Source: an uncultured Candidatus Saccharibacteria bacterium
Lineage (GTDB): Bacteria > Patescibacteriota > Minisyncoccia > Minisyncoccales > GWA2-38-27
Direction of reading: 5' to 3'
DNA: 64,000 nucleotides
Assembly (NCBI GenBank): GCA_964583485.1
Contig: CAZOVC010000001.1
Span: forward strand, 347 to 64,346
Part shown: positions 34,067 through 43,163 of the stretch, one piece after another
How the letters are laid out: each line of letters starts with the position of its first letter
Position numbering within the stretch: position 1 is the first letter of the stretch
Program-made: the position numbers and the translations under genes
The notes under the pieces: model-generated
What the model was told of the DNA's origin: nothing
Database searches by the model: none
The model's input: the letters and a program-made list of their open reading frames with translations, nothing else

Positions 34067-35389
34067 ATGTTAATATATTATAACATGGAGCAAGCAAAAA
34101 AAATAACTGGAGAAGTTGAAATTCCTCAAACCGTAATTGATGATGTCCAGAATAAAGTAAAGAATGTTCCTGATTTTAAAAAAAAGATTGAAGCGTCTTT
34201 TAAAAAAACTACTACTGAACTTCTTAGCATTATTTTAGCTGGAGCTATAAATTTTGATTCTTCTGATATTCATATTGAACCGGAAGAAGAACAAGCAAAA
34301 ATCAGAATCAGAATTGATGGAATCTTACAAAATGTTCTGCTTTTTGATTTAAAAATCCATAAAGCTCTTGTCTCTCGAATTAAACTTCTTTCCAAACTTA
34401 AACTAAATGTGACCGACCGGCCCCAAGATGGCCGTTTTTCTATTTTATTAGGCGCAATTCCAATAGAAATCAGAGCTTCATCTCTACCGGCTGAGTACGG
34501 AGAATCAATTGTCTTAAGAATTTTAAATCCTAAAAATTTAATTGATGTGGAAGCGCTTGGCTTAAGAGAAGACCTGTCAAAAATCTTTAACAAAGAAATT
34601 AAAAAACCGAACGGAATGATTCTTGTTACCGGGCCAACCGGCTCAGGCAAAACTACTACTCTTTATGCTGTTTTGAAAAAACTCAACAAACCAGAAGTTA
34701 AAATTATTACTATTGAAGACCCGATTGAATACCATTTAGAAGGAATTTCTCAAACTCAAGTTGACCCTAAAAAGGGATATGACTTTTCTAAAGGATTAAG
34801 ATCAATAATGCGTCAAGACCCTGATGTTGTGTTGGTGGGGGAAATTAGAGATTTTGAAACTGCTAAAATTGCTCTTCAAGCTGCTTTAACCGGTCATTTG
34901 GTTTTGAGCACTTTGCATACTAATGACGCTGCTGGCACTATAGCCCGGCTTCAGGCGTTAGGAGAAAAACCAAACAATATTGCTCCGTCTATAAATATGG
35001 CAATCGCTCAAAGATTAATCAGAAAAGTTTGCAAAAAATGCGTAGAATTCAAAAAGATTTCTCCAGAAAATATGAAAAAAATAAAAAAAGCCCTAAAAGG
35101 ACTTGGCAAAGAAATTAAAGCTCCGGAATTAACAAAATTAACAAAGATTCCTAGAGCAAAAGGATGTAAAGAATGCAATTCTTCCGGTTACAAAGGAAGA
35201 ATTGGTATTTTTGAATTTTTTCTAGTTGATGACGATATGGAGAAATTTATTTTAACTTCTCCTTCTATCGCCAGCATGAGAGAATTAGCAATAAAAAAAG
35301 GTATGGCTCTAATGCGCCAGGATGGATTTATAAAGGTGTTGGAAGGAACTACCACCATTGAAGAGATAGAGAGAGTTACTGCTGAGTAA
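34067..35389 (+). CDS. GspE/PilB-family secretion ATPase (short form)
   Basis: Walker A GPTGSGKTTT, Asp and His boxes, tetracysteine CKKC..CKEC. Confidence 0.85.
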   Translation: MLIYYNMEQAKKITGEVEIPQTVIDDVQNKVKNVPDFKKKIEASFKKTTTELLSIILAGAINFDSSDIHIEPEEEQAKIRIRIDGILQNVLLFDLKIHKALVSRIKLLSKLKLNVTDRPQDGRFSILLGAIPIEIRASSLPAEYGESIVLRILNPKNLIDVEALGLREDLSKIFNKEIKKPNGMILVTGPTGSGKTTTLYAVLKKLNKPEVKIITIEDPIEYHLEGISQTQVDPKKGYDFSKGLRSIMRQDPDVVLVGEIRDFETAKIALQAALTGHLVLSTLHTNDAAGTIARLQALGEKPNNIAPSINMAIAQRLIRKVCKKCVEFKKISPENMKKIKKALKGLGKEIKAPELTKLTKIPRAKGCKECNSSGYKGRIGIFEFFLVDDDMEKFILTSPSIASMRELAIKKGMALMRQDGFIKVLEGTTTIEEIERVTAE

Positions 35390-35428
35390 CCCATCACTAC
35401 CTAATAAATTAGGTGTGAGGACAAGCAA

Positions 35429-35560
35429 AAATAGACCTGGGGCTGGGGGAGGACTTAAGCTTTAGGAACAAAAGTTTAGAATTTTCCCGAGGTGTGGTTT
35501 CGTTCTCACCAAACCATCCATCTGCGGAAAACTCCAAAGCCCCCAGCCCCAGGTCTATTT
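35429..35560. repeat. 132-bp GC-rich element with 21-bp perfect terminal inverted repeats (MITE-like or long hairpin)
   Basis: AAATAGACCTGGGGCTGGGGG (35429-35449) pairs perfectly with 35540-35560. Confidence 0.6.
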
Positions 35561-35583
35561 CTAATCACTCATTTTAATACATT

Positions 35584-36603
35584 ATGAAAGATTTGTCAAG
35601 GCCTTTCTCGCCGAAATCAACTGAAGAAGATGAAACTCTTGATTTAACTCTAAGACCAAAAACTTGGCAAGATTACGTTGGCCAAGAAAAAGTAAAAAAG
35701 AATATTCAAATAATTATTGAAGCGGCTAAAAAAAGAGGTGAACCAATAGAGCACCTGCTTTTTTATGGCGGAAGCGGACTTGGTAAAACCACTATATCTC
35801 ATATAATTGCCAAGGAATTGGGAACAAGAATTCGGGTAATCGCCGGTCCTGTTATTGAAAAAGTAGGTGACTTGGCTGCAATTCTAACTAATTTAAATGA
35901 AGGAGATGTTTTATTCTGCGATGAAATGCACAGGATGAACAAGCTGATAGAAGAATTTATTTATCCTGCTTTGGAGGATTTCAAACTGAATCTTATTTTA
36001 GGAAAAGGGCCGATGGCCAGAACCATGGAACTAAAATTGCCTCGTTTTACCCTAATTGGAGCTACTACCCGTTTGGCTCTATTGTCTGCTCCTTTAAGAA
36101 ACCGCTTTGGAGCAACCTTTCAGCTTAATTTCTATAAAAAAGAAGATATTGAAAAAATTATTCAAAGGTCAAGCAATCTCTTGGGAATAGAAATAGAGCC
36201 AGACGCTGTTAAAATTATTACCCAGTGTTCCCGCTTCACCCCCAGAACAGCTAATCGGCTTCTTAAAAGAGTTAGAGATTTTACTCAGGTTGAAGGAAAA
36301 GGAATAATCACAAAAAATATCGTTGAAAAAGCCCTAGGGTTTTTAGAGATTGATGAGCTTGGGCTTGAATCAGGAGATAGAAAAATCTTACAAGCAATTA
36401 TTAAGAAATTTGAAGGGGGCCCTGTTGGCCTTCAGGCATTATCTGCCGCCACATCAGAAGAAGAAGATACTATCTTAGATATTTATGAGCCATACCTAAT
36501 GCAACTTGGCTTTATTGAAAGAACTCCCCGCGGCCGAACCGCCACGAAAGCTGCTTATAAGCACCTCAATATTCCACATAAACATTCTCAAAACTTAATC
36601 TAA
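35584..36603 (+). CDS. ruvB: Holliday junction helicase RuvB
   Basis: LRPKTWQDYVGQ, GGSGLGKTT, CDEMHR. Confidence 0.95.
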   Translation: MKDLSRPFSPKSTEEDETLDLTLRPKTWQDYVGQEKVKKNIQIIIEAAKKRGEPIEHLLFYGGSGLGKTTISHIIAKELGTRIRVIAGPVIEKVGDLAAILTNLNEGDVLFCDEMHRMNKLIEEFIYPALEDFKLNLILGKGPMARTMELKLPRFTLIGATTRLALLSAPLRNRFGATFQLNFYKKEDIEKIIQRSSNLLGIEIEPDAVKIITQCSRFTPRTANRLLKRVRDFTQVEGKGIITKNIVEKALGFLEIDELGLESGDRKILQAIIKKFEGGPVGLQALSAATSEEEDTILDIYEPYLMQLGFIERTPRGRTATKAAYKHLNIPHKHSQNLI

Positions 36604-36655
36604 AACTTAGTAGAACTAAATTTTACAGGTTTTTATTCTCTTTATGTAATTATGT

Positions 36656-36681
36656 AAAAATGATGCGATCGCATCATTTTT
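36656..36681 (+). terminator. Perfect palindromic terminator after ruvB
   Basis: AAAAATGATGCGATCGCATCATTTTT. Confidence 0.7.
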
Positions 36682-36708
36682 GTAAACGTCATCTACCAGC
36701 AAATCTAA

Positions 36709-36734
36709 GGCCCGAGAGTTTTCCTCGGGCTTTT
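36709..36734 (+). terminator. Second terminator hairpin
   Basis: GCCCGAG-AGTTTTC-CTCGGGC plus T4. Confidence 0.6.
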
Positions 36735-36761
36735 ATATAATATTTGCTATACTAAATTAAT

Positions 36762-37682
36762 ATGGTTTTTAAGATATTTTTAATAATTACTATCTTATTT
36801 TTTCCTTTTGTCGCACAGGGAGCTTCTTTAATAGATATTAATACCGCTCCCTCAGAGGAACTGGAAAAAATAATCGGTATCGGACCTGCGCTGGCTCAAA
36901 GGACAATAGAAGCGAGGCCTTTTAATTCTTTGGATGATTTAATCAAAGTTAAAGGGATAGGAGAAATAACTTTACAAAAAATCAAAGACCAAGGATTAGC
37001 CTGGGTAGGCCCTCAAGAAGAATTAGAACCAAACCCCGAGCCCGAGCCAGAACCCGAATCAGAGCCAGATAAAAAAACAACACCTATAACTTATCCAACT
37101 GGTATAGTTTTCAATGAAATCCTGCCATCGCCTGAAGGTGCGGACGCGGAAAACGAATGGTTGGAATTGAAAAACACAAACAATCAAGAAGTTGATATTT
37201 CTGACTGGAAAATACAAGATACTATAGGTTCTACTAAGACCTATATTTTTCCTGAAGGAACAAAAATTAAAACTCAGGGTTATTTAGTTCTCACTCGCCC
37301 GGTTAGTAAAATTACTTTAAATAATACTGGCGATGGATTAAATCTTACTAATCCTAATGGAAAAATTGTTGATTCAGTAGATTTTGGAAAAGCTTTTCTT
37401 AATCAATCATACAGCAAAACCTCATCTGGCTGGGCTTGGAATAGCAACCTAACTCCGGGGACAAAAAACATTGTACCCAAAGAAAAACCCTCCTTGGCTA
37501 AAGCTTCGGGAGACGAGAAAAAATCAGAGACCGGGTCTCTGTCAACTTCAGAAGAAAAAACTGCTGATATTAATCTATCAACACAAAAATCTAAACCTCC
37601 TGTTTGGCTAATCGCTTCGATTGTTGCTATTGTTTCAGGAATAGCTATTCTGATTGTAAAAAATTCATTAATTTTAAATTAG
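36762..37682 (+). CDS. ComEA-like HhH DNA-binding domain fused to a lamin-tail domain, C-terminal TM anchor
   Basis: IDINTAP.EELEKIIGIGPALAQ..KVKGIGEITLQKI, then FNEILPSPEG..NEWLELKN..DISDWKIQD. Confidence 0.7.
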   Translation: MVFKIFLIITILFFPFVAQGASLIDINTAPSEELEKIIGIGPALAQRTIEARPFNSLDDLIKVKGIGEITLQKIKDQGLAWVGPQEELEPNPEPEPEPESEPDKKTTPITYPTGIVFNEILPSPEGADAENEWLELKNTNNQEVDISDWKIQDTIGSTKTYIFPEGTKIKTQGYLVLTRPVSKITLNNTGDGLNLTNPNGKIVDSVDFGKAFLNQSYSKTSSGWAWNSNLTPGTKNIVPKEKPSLAKASGDEKKSETGSLSTSEEKTADINLSTQKSKPPVWLIASIVAIVSGIAILIVKNSLILN

Positions 37683-37721
37683 ACAAAACACAATTTTTAA
37701 GGTAAAATAAGCATAGAAATT

Positions 37722-38462
37722 ATGTCGGGACACAGTCACTTCAAAACTGTAAAAAGAATTAAAGAAGCAGGAGACAAAAAACGAGGAAAGGCATTTTCAA
37801 AAATGACCCGTGTTATTATTTTTGCGGCGAAAGAAGGAGGAAACGAGCCAGACTCTAATTATAAGCTAAAAATGGCAATTGACCAGGCAAAACAGATCAA
37901 TATGCCTAAAGAAAACATAGAAAGAGCTATAAAAAAAGGCGCGGGCGAACTAAAAGGGGAAAAATTAGAACAATTTGTTTTTGAGGCCTATGGTCCAGGA
38001 AAAACAGCTATTATTATTGAAGGAATTACTGATAATAAAAATAGAAGTTTAAGCGAAATTAAGCAAATTTTAAATCAAGGTCAGGGAAAACTCGCTGGCG
38101 AGGGGTCAGTAAAATGGCTTTTTGAAAGGAAAGGAACCATTACGATAAATTACAAATTACAAATGACAAATTACAAAAAAGAAGATTTAGAACTGATGGC
38201 TATTGAGACCGGAGCTGAAGACATTTATTGGCACGGTGATACTTTATATATCTACACTAAACCAGAGGAATTAGAAAAAGTAAAAAGGGATTTAGAAGAA
38301 AAAGATATTAAAATTGATTCTGCTTCATTAGATTGGGTAGCTAAAGAAACAATTGAAATTGAAGAAAAAGAAAAACAGGCTTGTGAGAAATTATTTGAAG
38401 CGCTTGATGAAGATGACGCGGTTCAAGATATTTATTCAAATTTAAACCCGCACACCAAATGA
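37722..38462 (+). CDS. YebC/PmpR-family transcriptional regulator
   Basis: MSGHSHFKTVKRIKEAGDKKRGKAFSK N-terminus. Confidence 0.9.
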   Translation: MSGHSHFKTVKRIKEAGDKKRGKAFSKMTRVIIFAAKEGGNEPDSNYKLKMAIDQAKQINMPKENIERAIKKGAGELKGEKLEQFVFEAYGPGKTAIIIEGITDNKNRSLSEIKQILNQGQGKLAGEGSVKWLFERKGTITINYKLQMTNYKKEDLELMAIETGAEDIYWHGDTLYIYTKPEELEKVKRDLEEKDIKIDSASLDWVAKETIEIEEKEKQACEKLFEALDEDDAVQDIYSNLNPHTK

Positions 38463-38533
38463 GGACAACCCCCGCCCCTGGCGGGGTAAATTGGCAAAGC
38501 CAGCCCTCCTTATTGTGGTGTGTGGGTAAAACT

Positions 38534-39022
38534 ATGATTATATTAGGTATTGACCCAGGAACGGCAACAATGGGATTTGGTCTCATCAAAAAAACGAGAA
38601 ATAAAAAAGCTGAAGTTATTAATTACGGCTGTATAACAACCAGTCCTGATTTATGTCCAGGGGATCGTTTGAAAATAATCAATAACGAATTAAACAAATT
38701 AATAAAAAAATATCAGCCAAAAATAATGGCTGTTGAAAATTTATTCTTTTTTAAAAATCTAAAAACAGCAATGCCAGTAAGCCAGGCAAAAGGAGTGATT
38801 CTATTAACTGCTGCTAAAAAGAAAATCCCTGTTTATGAATTCACGCCTCTTCAAATGAAAATGGCAATAACTGGCTATGGCAAAGCAGAAAAAAAGCAGG
38901 TTCAGAAAATGATCCAAACCATGCTTAATTTAGAAGAAAAACCAGAAGATAAAAATAAAAGAAAAGATGACGCAACTGATGCCCTTGGCATCGCCATGTG
39001 TTATGCTATTAAATCAGCTTAG
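38534..39022 (+). CDS. ruvC: Crossover junction endodeoxyribonuclease RuvC
   Basis: MIILGIDPGTATMGFG start and DDATDALGIA near the C-terminus. The listed ORF start at 38459 is probably too early. Confidence 0.9.
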   Translation: MIILGIDPGTATMGFGLIKKTRNKKAEVINYGCITTSPDLCPGDRLKIINNELNKLIKKYQPKIMAVENLFFFKNLKTAMPVSQAKGVILLTAAKKKIPVYEFTPLQMKMAITGYGKAEKKQVQKMIQTMLNLEEKPEDKNKRKDDATDALGIAMCYAIKSA

Positions 39023-39030
39023 TAAAATTT

Positions 39031-40446
39031 TTACTCCAAAAACCTAAAAGTAGAAAGGATTTGATTAATGAATTGGTCTATTTGATCCTCGTATTCGGTT
39101 ATACTCTTACAATTAGCATAGCACTCATCTAGATTATCAAGAAATTGACACTTATCACAGCTCTCATAGTCAATAATAAAACTAAAAAATAAATATTTAT
39201 TTTTTATTTTTATAGAATAATAATGCTCTAACCATCTAGTTCCTCCTATTGCAGGATTTAAGATAATGCTTTTGCAGAATTTTAAATCTCCAATAATCAC
39301 TTCTTCTGGGCCGTCAAACCCTGCTTTATCGTAAGAGGGTTTAATACATTCTGTAAAAATATCATCCGGCTTTTCTTTTATCATTATTCCAAATTGTATT
39401 CCAATAATTTTTTCTTTAAAATCGTGATCAAGATAAATACATAAAAGTTCTTTTATATTTTCAAACAAATATGGCGTAGAACCAAAGCATCTGGTAGCAC
39501 CTTCTTCTTTTTGAGGATAACCTATTTTAAATCCATATTCCTCGTTCCTATATGTTTCCCAATTAACGGTTTCGTTTTTTTTCACAATAGTGAAATAATT
39601 ATCGCTTTCATCTACTGCTAGGTATGGTAAATCCATTTCGTCTATAACTAAAATTTTATACCTCTCTCCAGGAGGAAAACCATAAAATTGTATTTCAGTT
39701 GACCCGATTGTAAATGAATATTTCCCGAGAGAGGCAGGGATCTCAGAAACTATTGAGTAGATTTGAGGCGGAGTATATTTATAATCTTTAAATGCAATAT
39801 CAACCTTTTCTAGGCCCTTAGCTTCCCAAACAATATCATATGTATTCCCAATCACCCATTCCTCTCCTCCATTAGGAGAAATTACTTTAATATATGGTTT
39901 CTCTATTTCAATAAATCTGAAAGTTAAAAGGATTTGGTTTAATTCTTTCGTCTTATTTTCTAAATCAGCCGTTGAAAAATATATTTCAAACACATAATTA
40001 TTATGGGTAGTGGAATAACAGACTGAACTATCTCCGCTTATATCACAAAGAAAATTATTAATGCTCCACTCTATGTTATTCAGGGCTTTAATATCAATTT
40101 CTTCGTAACATTCTGGGTTACTAACTTTATTAGAAATTGTAGATTTTGTCTTTGTGGTTACCATCAGCCAGTAAATTACTGTTTCTTCTTTTTTAAAATG
40201 TAAAGTTCCATTAGTAGAAAAGATTTCTATGTCATTAGGATATTTTATTTCATATTCATACTCTTCGTTTCTATAAACTTTCCAGCCAGCGGTTTCGTCT
40301 TTTGGCGTTTCTTCTGGTGTTTCTTCCTTTGGTACTTGCTAATAATATTGATAGGCTAAAACTCCTCCGATAGCAAGACCTGCTAAAACAATAATAACGA
40401 TAATTGCTATTGGAATGGAAATTGTCTTGTTTAGAGATTTAAACAT
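39031..40446 (-). pseudogene. Secreted/anchored protein interrupted by one in-frame TAG after the 35-aa signal anchor
   Basis: An ATG at 40446 encodes MFKSLNKTISIPIAIIVIIVLAGLAIGGVLAYQYY. A TAG follows at 40341-40339, and the same frame then continues into the 377-aa ORF. Confidence 0.5.
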
Positions 40447-40599
40447 ATTTTTTAATTAATTATTATTTATGAATTTTGATTTAACCTTTAATTTAAGATT
40501 ATATATTTATACAGTAGCGAATCAAGGTTCTCGCCGAAGGCGAAGTTCTTATTTTAGCTTACCTCCCGGAAGCTATGTCAATGGAAGTTAAGTATTTAT

Positions 40600-40854
40600 C
40601 TAGGAAAATTGATAATGGTCATTAACGTCTATAATTTCAATAGTATCTTTCTCGCGGTAAATAAAAATCGCCCTATACTTCCGGTCGATTCTAAAGCTCC
40701 AAATTCTCATTCTGCGAGGTTCAAGAAGTTCGGTTTTTAAACCCGGGTAGAAAGGATTCTCTCCAAAAAGTTTCTTTTGTTTTTCAAACTTCTTCTCTAG
40801 ATTTCTCTTTTTAAGATATTCTCTTATTTCTGGATAGATAGGAAGTATTTTCAT
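40600..40854 (-). CDS. RelE/ParE-superfamily toxin-like protein
   Basis: RIWSFRIDRKYRAIFIYREKDTIEIIDVNDHY pattern, with a 4-nt overlap with the upstream small ORF. Confidence 0.55.
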   Translation of the reverse strand: MKILPIYPEIREYLKKRNLEKKFEKQKKLFGENPFYPGLKTELLEPRRMRIWSFRIDRKYRAIFIYREKDTIEIIDVNDHYQFS

Positions 40855-41072
40855 TTAAAATAAGGGGAACGCTTTAGTCCTCTTGCTAAACTATCAAGGA
40901 AGTTTTTATTGTATCTACCTGTTTCCCGAAAATCTTTAATAATTGTTTTGATATTTCTGGTAGGAGGAGAGGAAAAAATATCCTCCTCTAATATTTGACG
41001 AAGATGCTCAAAACGAAAAGCTCTTTCCAGTAATTTTTGATATTCTCTTTTTGAAATAGTAACTTGGCTCAT
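40851..41072 (-). CDS. Putative cognate antitoxin
   Basis: Small ORF translationally coupled to the toxin-like gene. Confidence 0.4.
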   Translation of the reverse strand: MSQVTISKREYQKLLERAFRFEHLRQILEEDIFSSPPTRNIKTIIKDFRETGRYNKNFLDSLARGLKRSPYFK

Positions 41073-41102
41073 ATAATTTATTATAACTTTTATAAAAGAT
41101 AA

Positions 41103-41196
41103 ATGTCAAATCAATTTAACAAATCTCCTCTTCCCAACTTGAATTATTAGTCCTTTTTTTATTTGAACTACCGTTTTCCAGTCCTGCTGAATTTTT
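41103..41196 (-). repeat. Fossil duplicate of the tyrS 3' end
   Basis: About 70 nt at ~85% identity to 41891-41960. It still encodes ..KKGLIIQVGKRRFVKLI*. Confidence 0.75.
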
Positions 41197-41287
41197 TAGA
41201 TAAATAGGCCCGACTTAGTTTTTTTATATTATTTTTGACCTTATTATATTTTAACATAAAAAATAGATTTTGGGTCTTATTTTATCA

Positions 41288-41674
41288 TTACCATATAGTT
41301 CGTTCATAAAAATTTCTAATAGTTTTGTCTCTTGATATTAAAGAAGCTTCAAAAACTTTAGCTGTAGCTACAATTGCTCTATCGTGTAAATCCTTTAAAC
41401 CTTTGATCTTATTTATCTCTAAAATTAAACTCCAATTAATTTCGGAAAAGATAAAATTATTAGCTTGAGAAATTTTTGAAATAAGACCTTCAAAATCTAA
41501 ATCTATTTTCTTTTTATCAAAAATATCAATAGATTCTAATAAAACAATAGCAGGAATAATAATAGTTATCTCTCCGCGATCACAGGCATCAAAAACAGCC
41601 CTCGCTTTCTGAGAAAGCTGAGGGCTATCAGCTAAATACCAGAGAAAAGAATGGGTATCTGTAACGTAATACAT
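41288..41674 (-). CDS. vapC: PIN-domain toxin VapC
   Basis: MYYVTDTHSFLWYL..., conserved acidic residues, abuts the antitoxin ORF. Confidence 0.8.
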   Translation of the reverse strand: MYYVTDTHSFLWYLADSPQLSQKARAVFDACDRGEITIIIPAIVLLESIDIFDKKKIDLDFEGLISKISQANNFIFSEINWSLILEINKIKGLKDLHDRAIVATAKVFEASLISRDKTIRNFYERTIW

Positions 41675-41863
41675 TTAGAGATTAATTTCTTTAAATAAAG
41701 ATTTCTTAGCTTTTTGAATATCTTCTTCAATAATCTTAACTCCTTTAATAATTCCCTTTAATGAAATTATTTTTTTAGGCAACACAAACCCACCTCCTTT
41801 TTTAAGTCGAAGGAGTTCATTTTCTAGTTTTTCTAATTTAGTCAAAGCTGTTTGATTAACCAT
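41675..41863 (-). CDS. Putative VapB-type antitoxin
   Basis: 62-aa ORF ending 1 nt before the vapC start. Confidence 0.5.
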   Translation of the reverse strand: MVNQTALTKLEKLENELLRLKKGGGFVLPKKIISLKGIIKGVKIIEEDIQKAKKSLFKEINL

Positions 41864-41893
41864 TATTTTATTATATCTCTATTAAAATTTATG

Positions 41894-43078
41894 TCAAACC
41901 AATTTAACAAACCTTCTCTTCCCAACTTGGATAATCAGGCCTTTTTTTATTTCTACGATTTCTCTCCAATCATTTTGAACTTTAGTATCTATTTTTACTC
42001 CTTTTTGCAAAATTAATCTCTTTGCCTTTGTTTTTGAAGAGGCAAGTTTTGTTTTTACTAATAAATCTAAGATATTAATCTTTTTTATATTAATTTTAAT
42101 CTCTGGGATTTTTGTCGGCAGTCCTTTTTCTTTAAATACTTTATTAAATTCTTTCTCAGCTTCTTGCGCTTCTTTTTTGCTATGATACATTGTTACAATT
42201 TCCTTAGCTAATCTTATTTTTATATCTTTTGGATTACTATTGCTTTTCATCAATTTATTAATTTCAGCCATTGGAATTCTAGTTAAAAGTTCAAAACCGA
42301 GACTAATTAAAATGTCCGGCCAGCTCATTGTCCTGCCATACGTTTCTTTTGGGCTCTCGTCTAAGCTAATTATATCTCCTTCTGTTTTCCCCATTTTTTT
42401 TCCTGTTGGGTCAACCAAAAGTTTAGTTGTTAGTACGAACGTTTCCTTATTTTTCATCTTCTTCATTAATGTCCTTCCAGCCAACATATTAAACGTTTGG
42501 TCGTTACCGCCAATTTGCATATCTACATCCATAGTCACTGCGTCATAAGCTTGAAATATTGGATACAAAAATTCGTGCACGTGAATATCCTTGCCTGCTT
42601 TTATCCGTCTTTGAAACATATCTCTTTCCAATAATCTAGCAACAGTAAACTTGGAAGCTATAGCAAGCATGTCTATTGGTTTTAATTTATTAGTCCATTC
42701 TTCGTTATGTAAAAACCTAACGTTTGATTTGTCAAAATCTAAAATTTTCCTAATCTGTTTTTTGTAATTTTTAGCATAAGCTAGGACCTGCTCACGCGTT
42801 AACGTTTTTCTTACTGTATGTTTACCGGTTGGGTCGCCAATAGTAGCTGTGAAATCGCCTATCAAAACAATAACTTCATGTCCAAGGTCTTGAAATTGAC
42901 GTAATTTTCCTAAAACTGCTCCATGGCCAAGATGAAGTTTTCCTGTTGGATCAATGCCGCAATAAATTCGAAGTTTTTTGCCAGATTTCAAAACCTTTTT
43001 TAATGCCTCACGATTAGGGTAAATATTTTCCACGCCCCTGCTTAAAACTTTTTCTATTTTTTGGGTCTTTATCTTCAT
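41894..43078 (-). CDS. tyrS: Tyrosine--tRNA ligase
   Basis: HIGH motif HLGH, KMSKS motif KMGKT, C-terminal S4-like domain. Confidence 0.95.
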   Translation of the reverse strand: MKIKTQKIEKVLSRGVENIYPNREALKKVLKSGKKLRIYCGIDPTGKLHLGHGAVLGKLRQFQDLGHEVIVLIGDFTATIGDPTGKHTVRKTLTREQVLAYAKNYKKQIRKILDFDKSNVRFLHNEEWTNKLKPIDMLAIASKFTVARLLERDMFQRRIKAGKDIHVHEFLYPIFQAYDAVTMDVDMQIGGNDQTFNMLAGRTLMKKMKNKETFVLTTKLLVDPTGKKMGKTEGDIISLDESPKETYGRTMSWPDILISLGFELLTRIPMAEINKLMKSNSNPKDIKIRLAKEIVTMYHSKKEAQEAEKEFNKVFKEKGLPTKIPEIKINIKKINILDLLVKTKLASSKTKAKRLILQKGVKIDTKVQNDWREIVEIKKGLIIQVGKRRFVKLV

Positions 43079-43111
43079 ACACTTTTATATTAAAATAAAA
43101 AAACAACCAAC

Positions 43112-43159
43112 GCAAGCGTTAAGCTTAGCTTAACGCTTGCGTTAAGCTAAGCTTAACGC
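43112..43159. repeat. Two tandem 21-bp palindromes GCGTTAAGCTWAGCTTAACGC in the tyrS/PBP divergent region
   Basis: 43116-43136 and 43139-43159. The first extends to a 29-bp palindrome from 43112. Confidence 0.85.
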
Positions 43160-43163
43160 AATA

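Noticed and set aside
35429-35560. Possibility that the long hairpin is SRP RNA or 6S RNA
   Set aside because: I found no GGAA/AGCA helix-8 motifs of SRP RNA and no central-bubble architecture of 6S RNA. A perfect 21-bp stem fits a mobile inverted repeat better.
43079-43163. T-box leader upstream of tyrS
   Set aside because: Only 85 bp are available, and no specifier loop or T-box sequence is recognisable. The palindromes look like protein sites instead.
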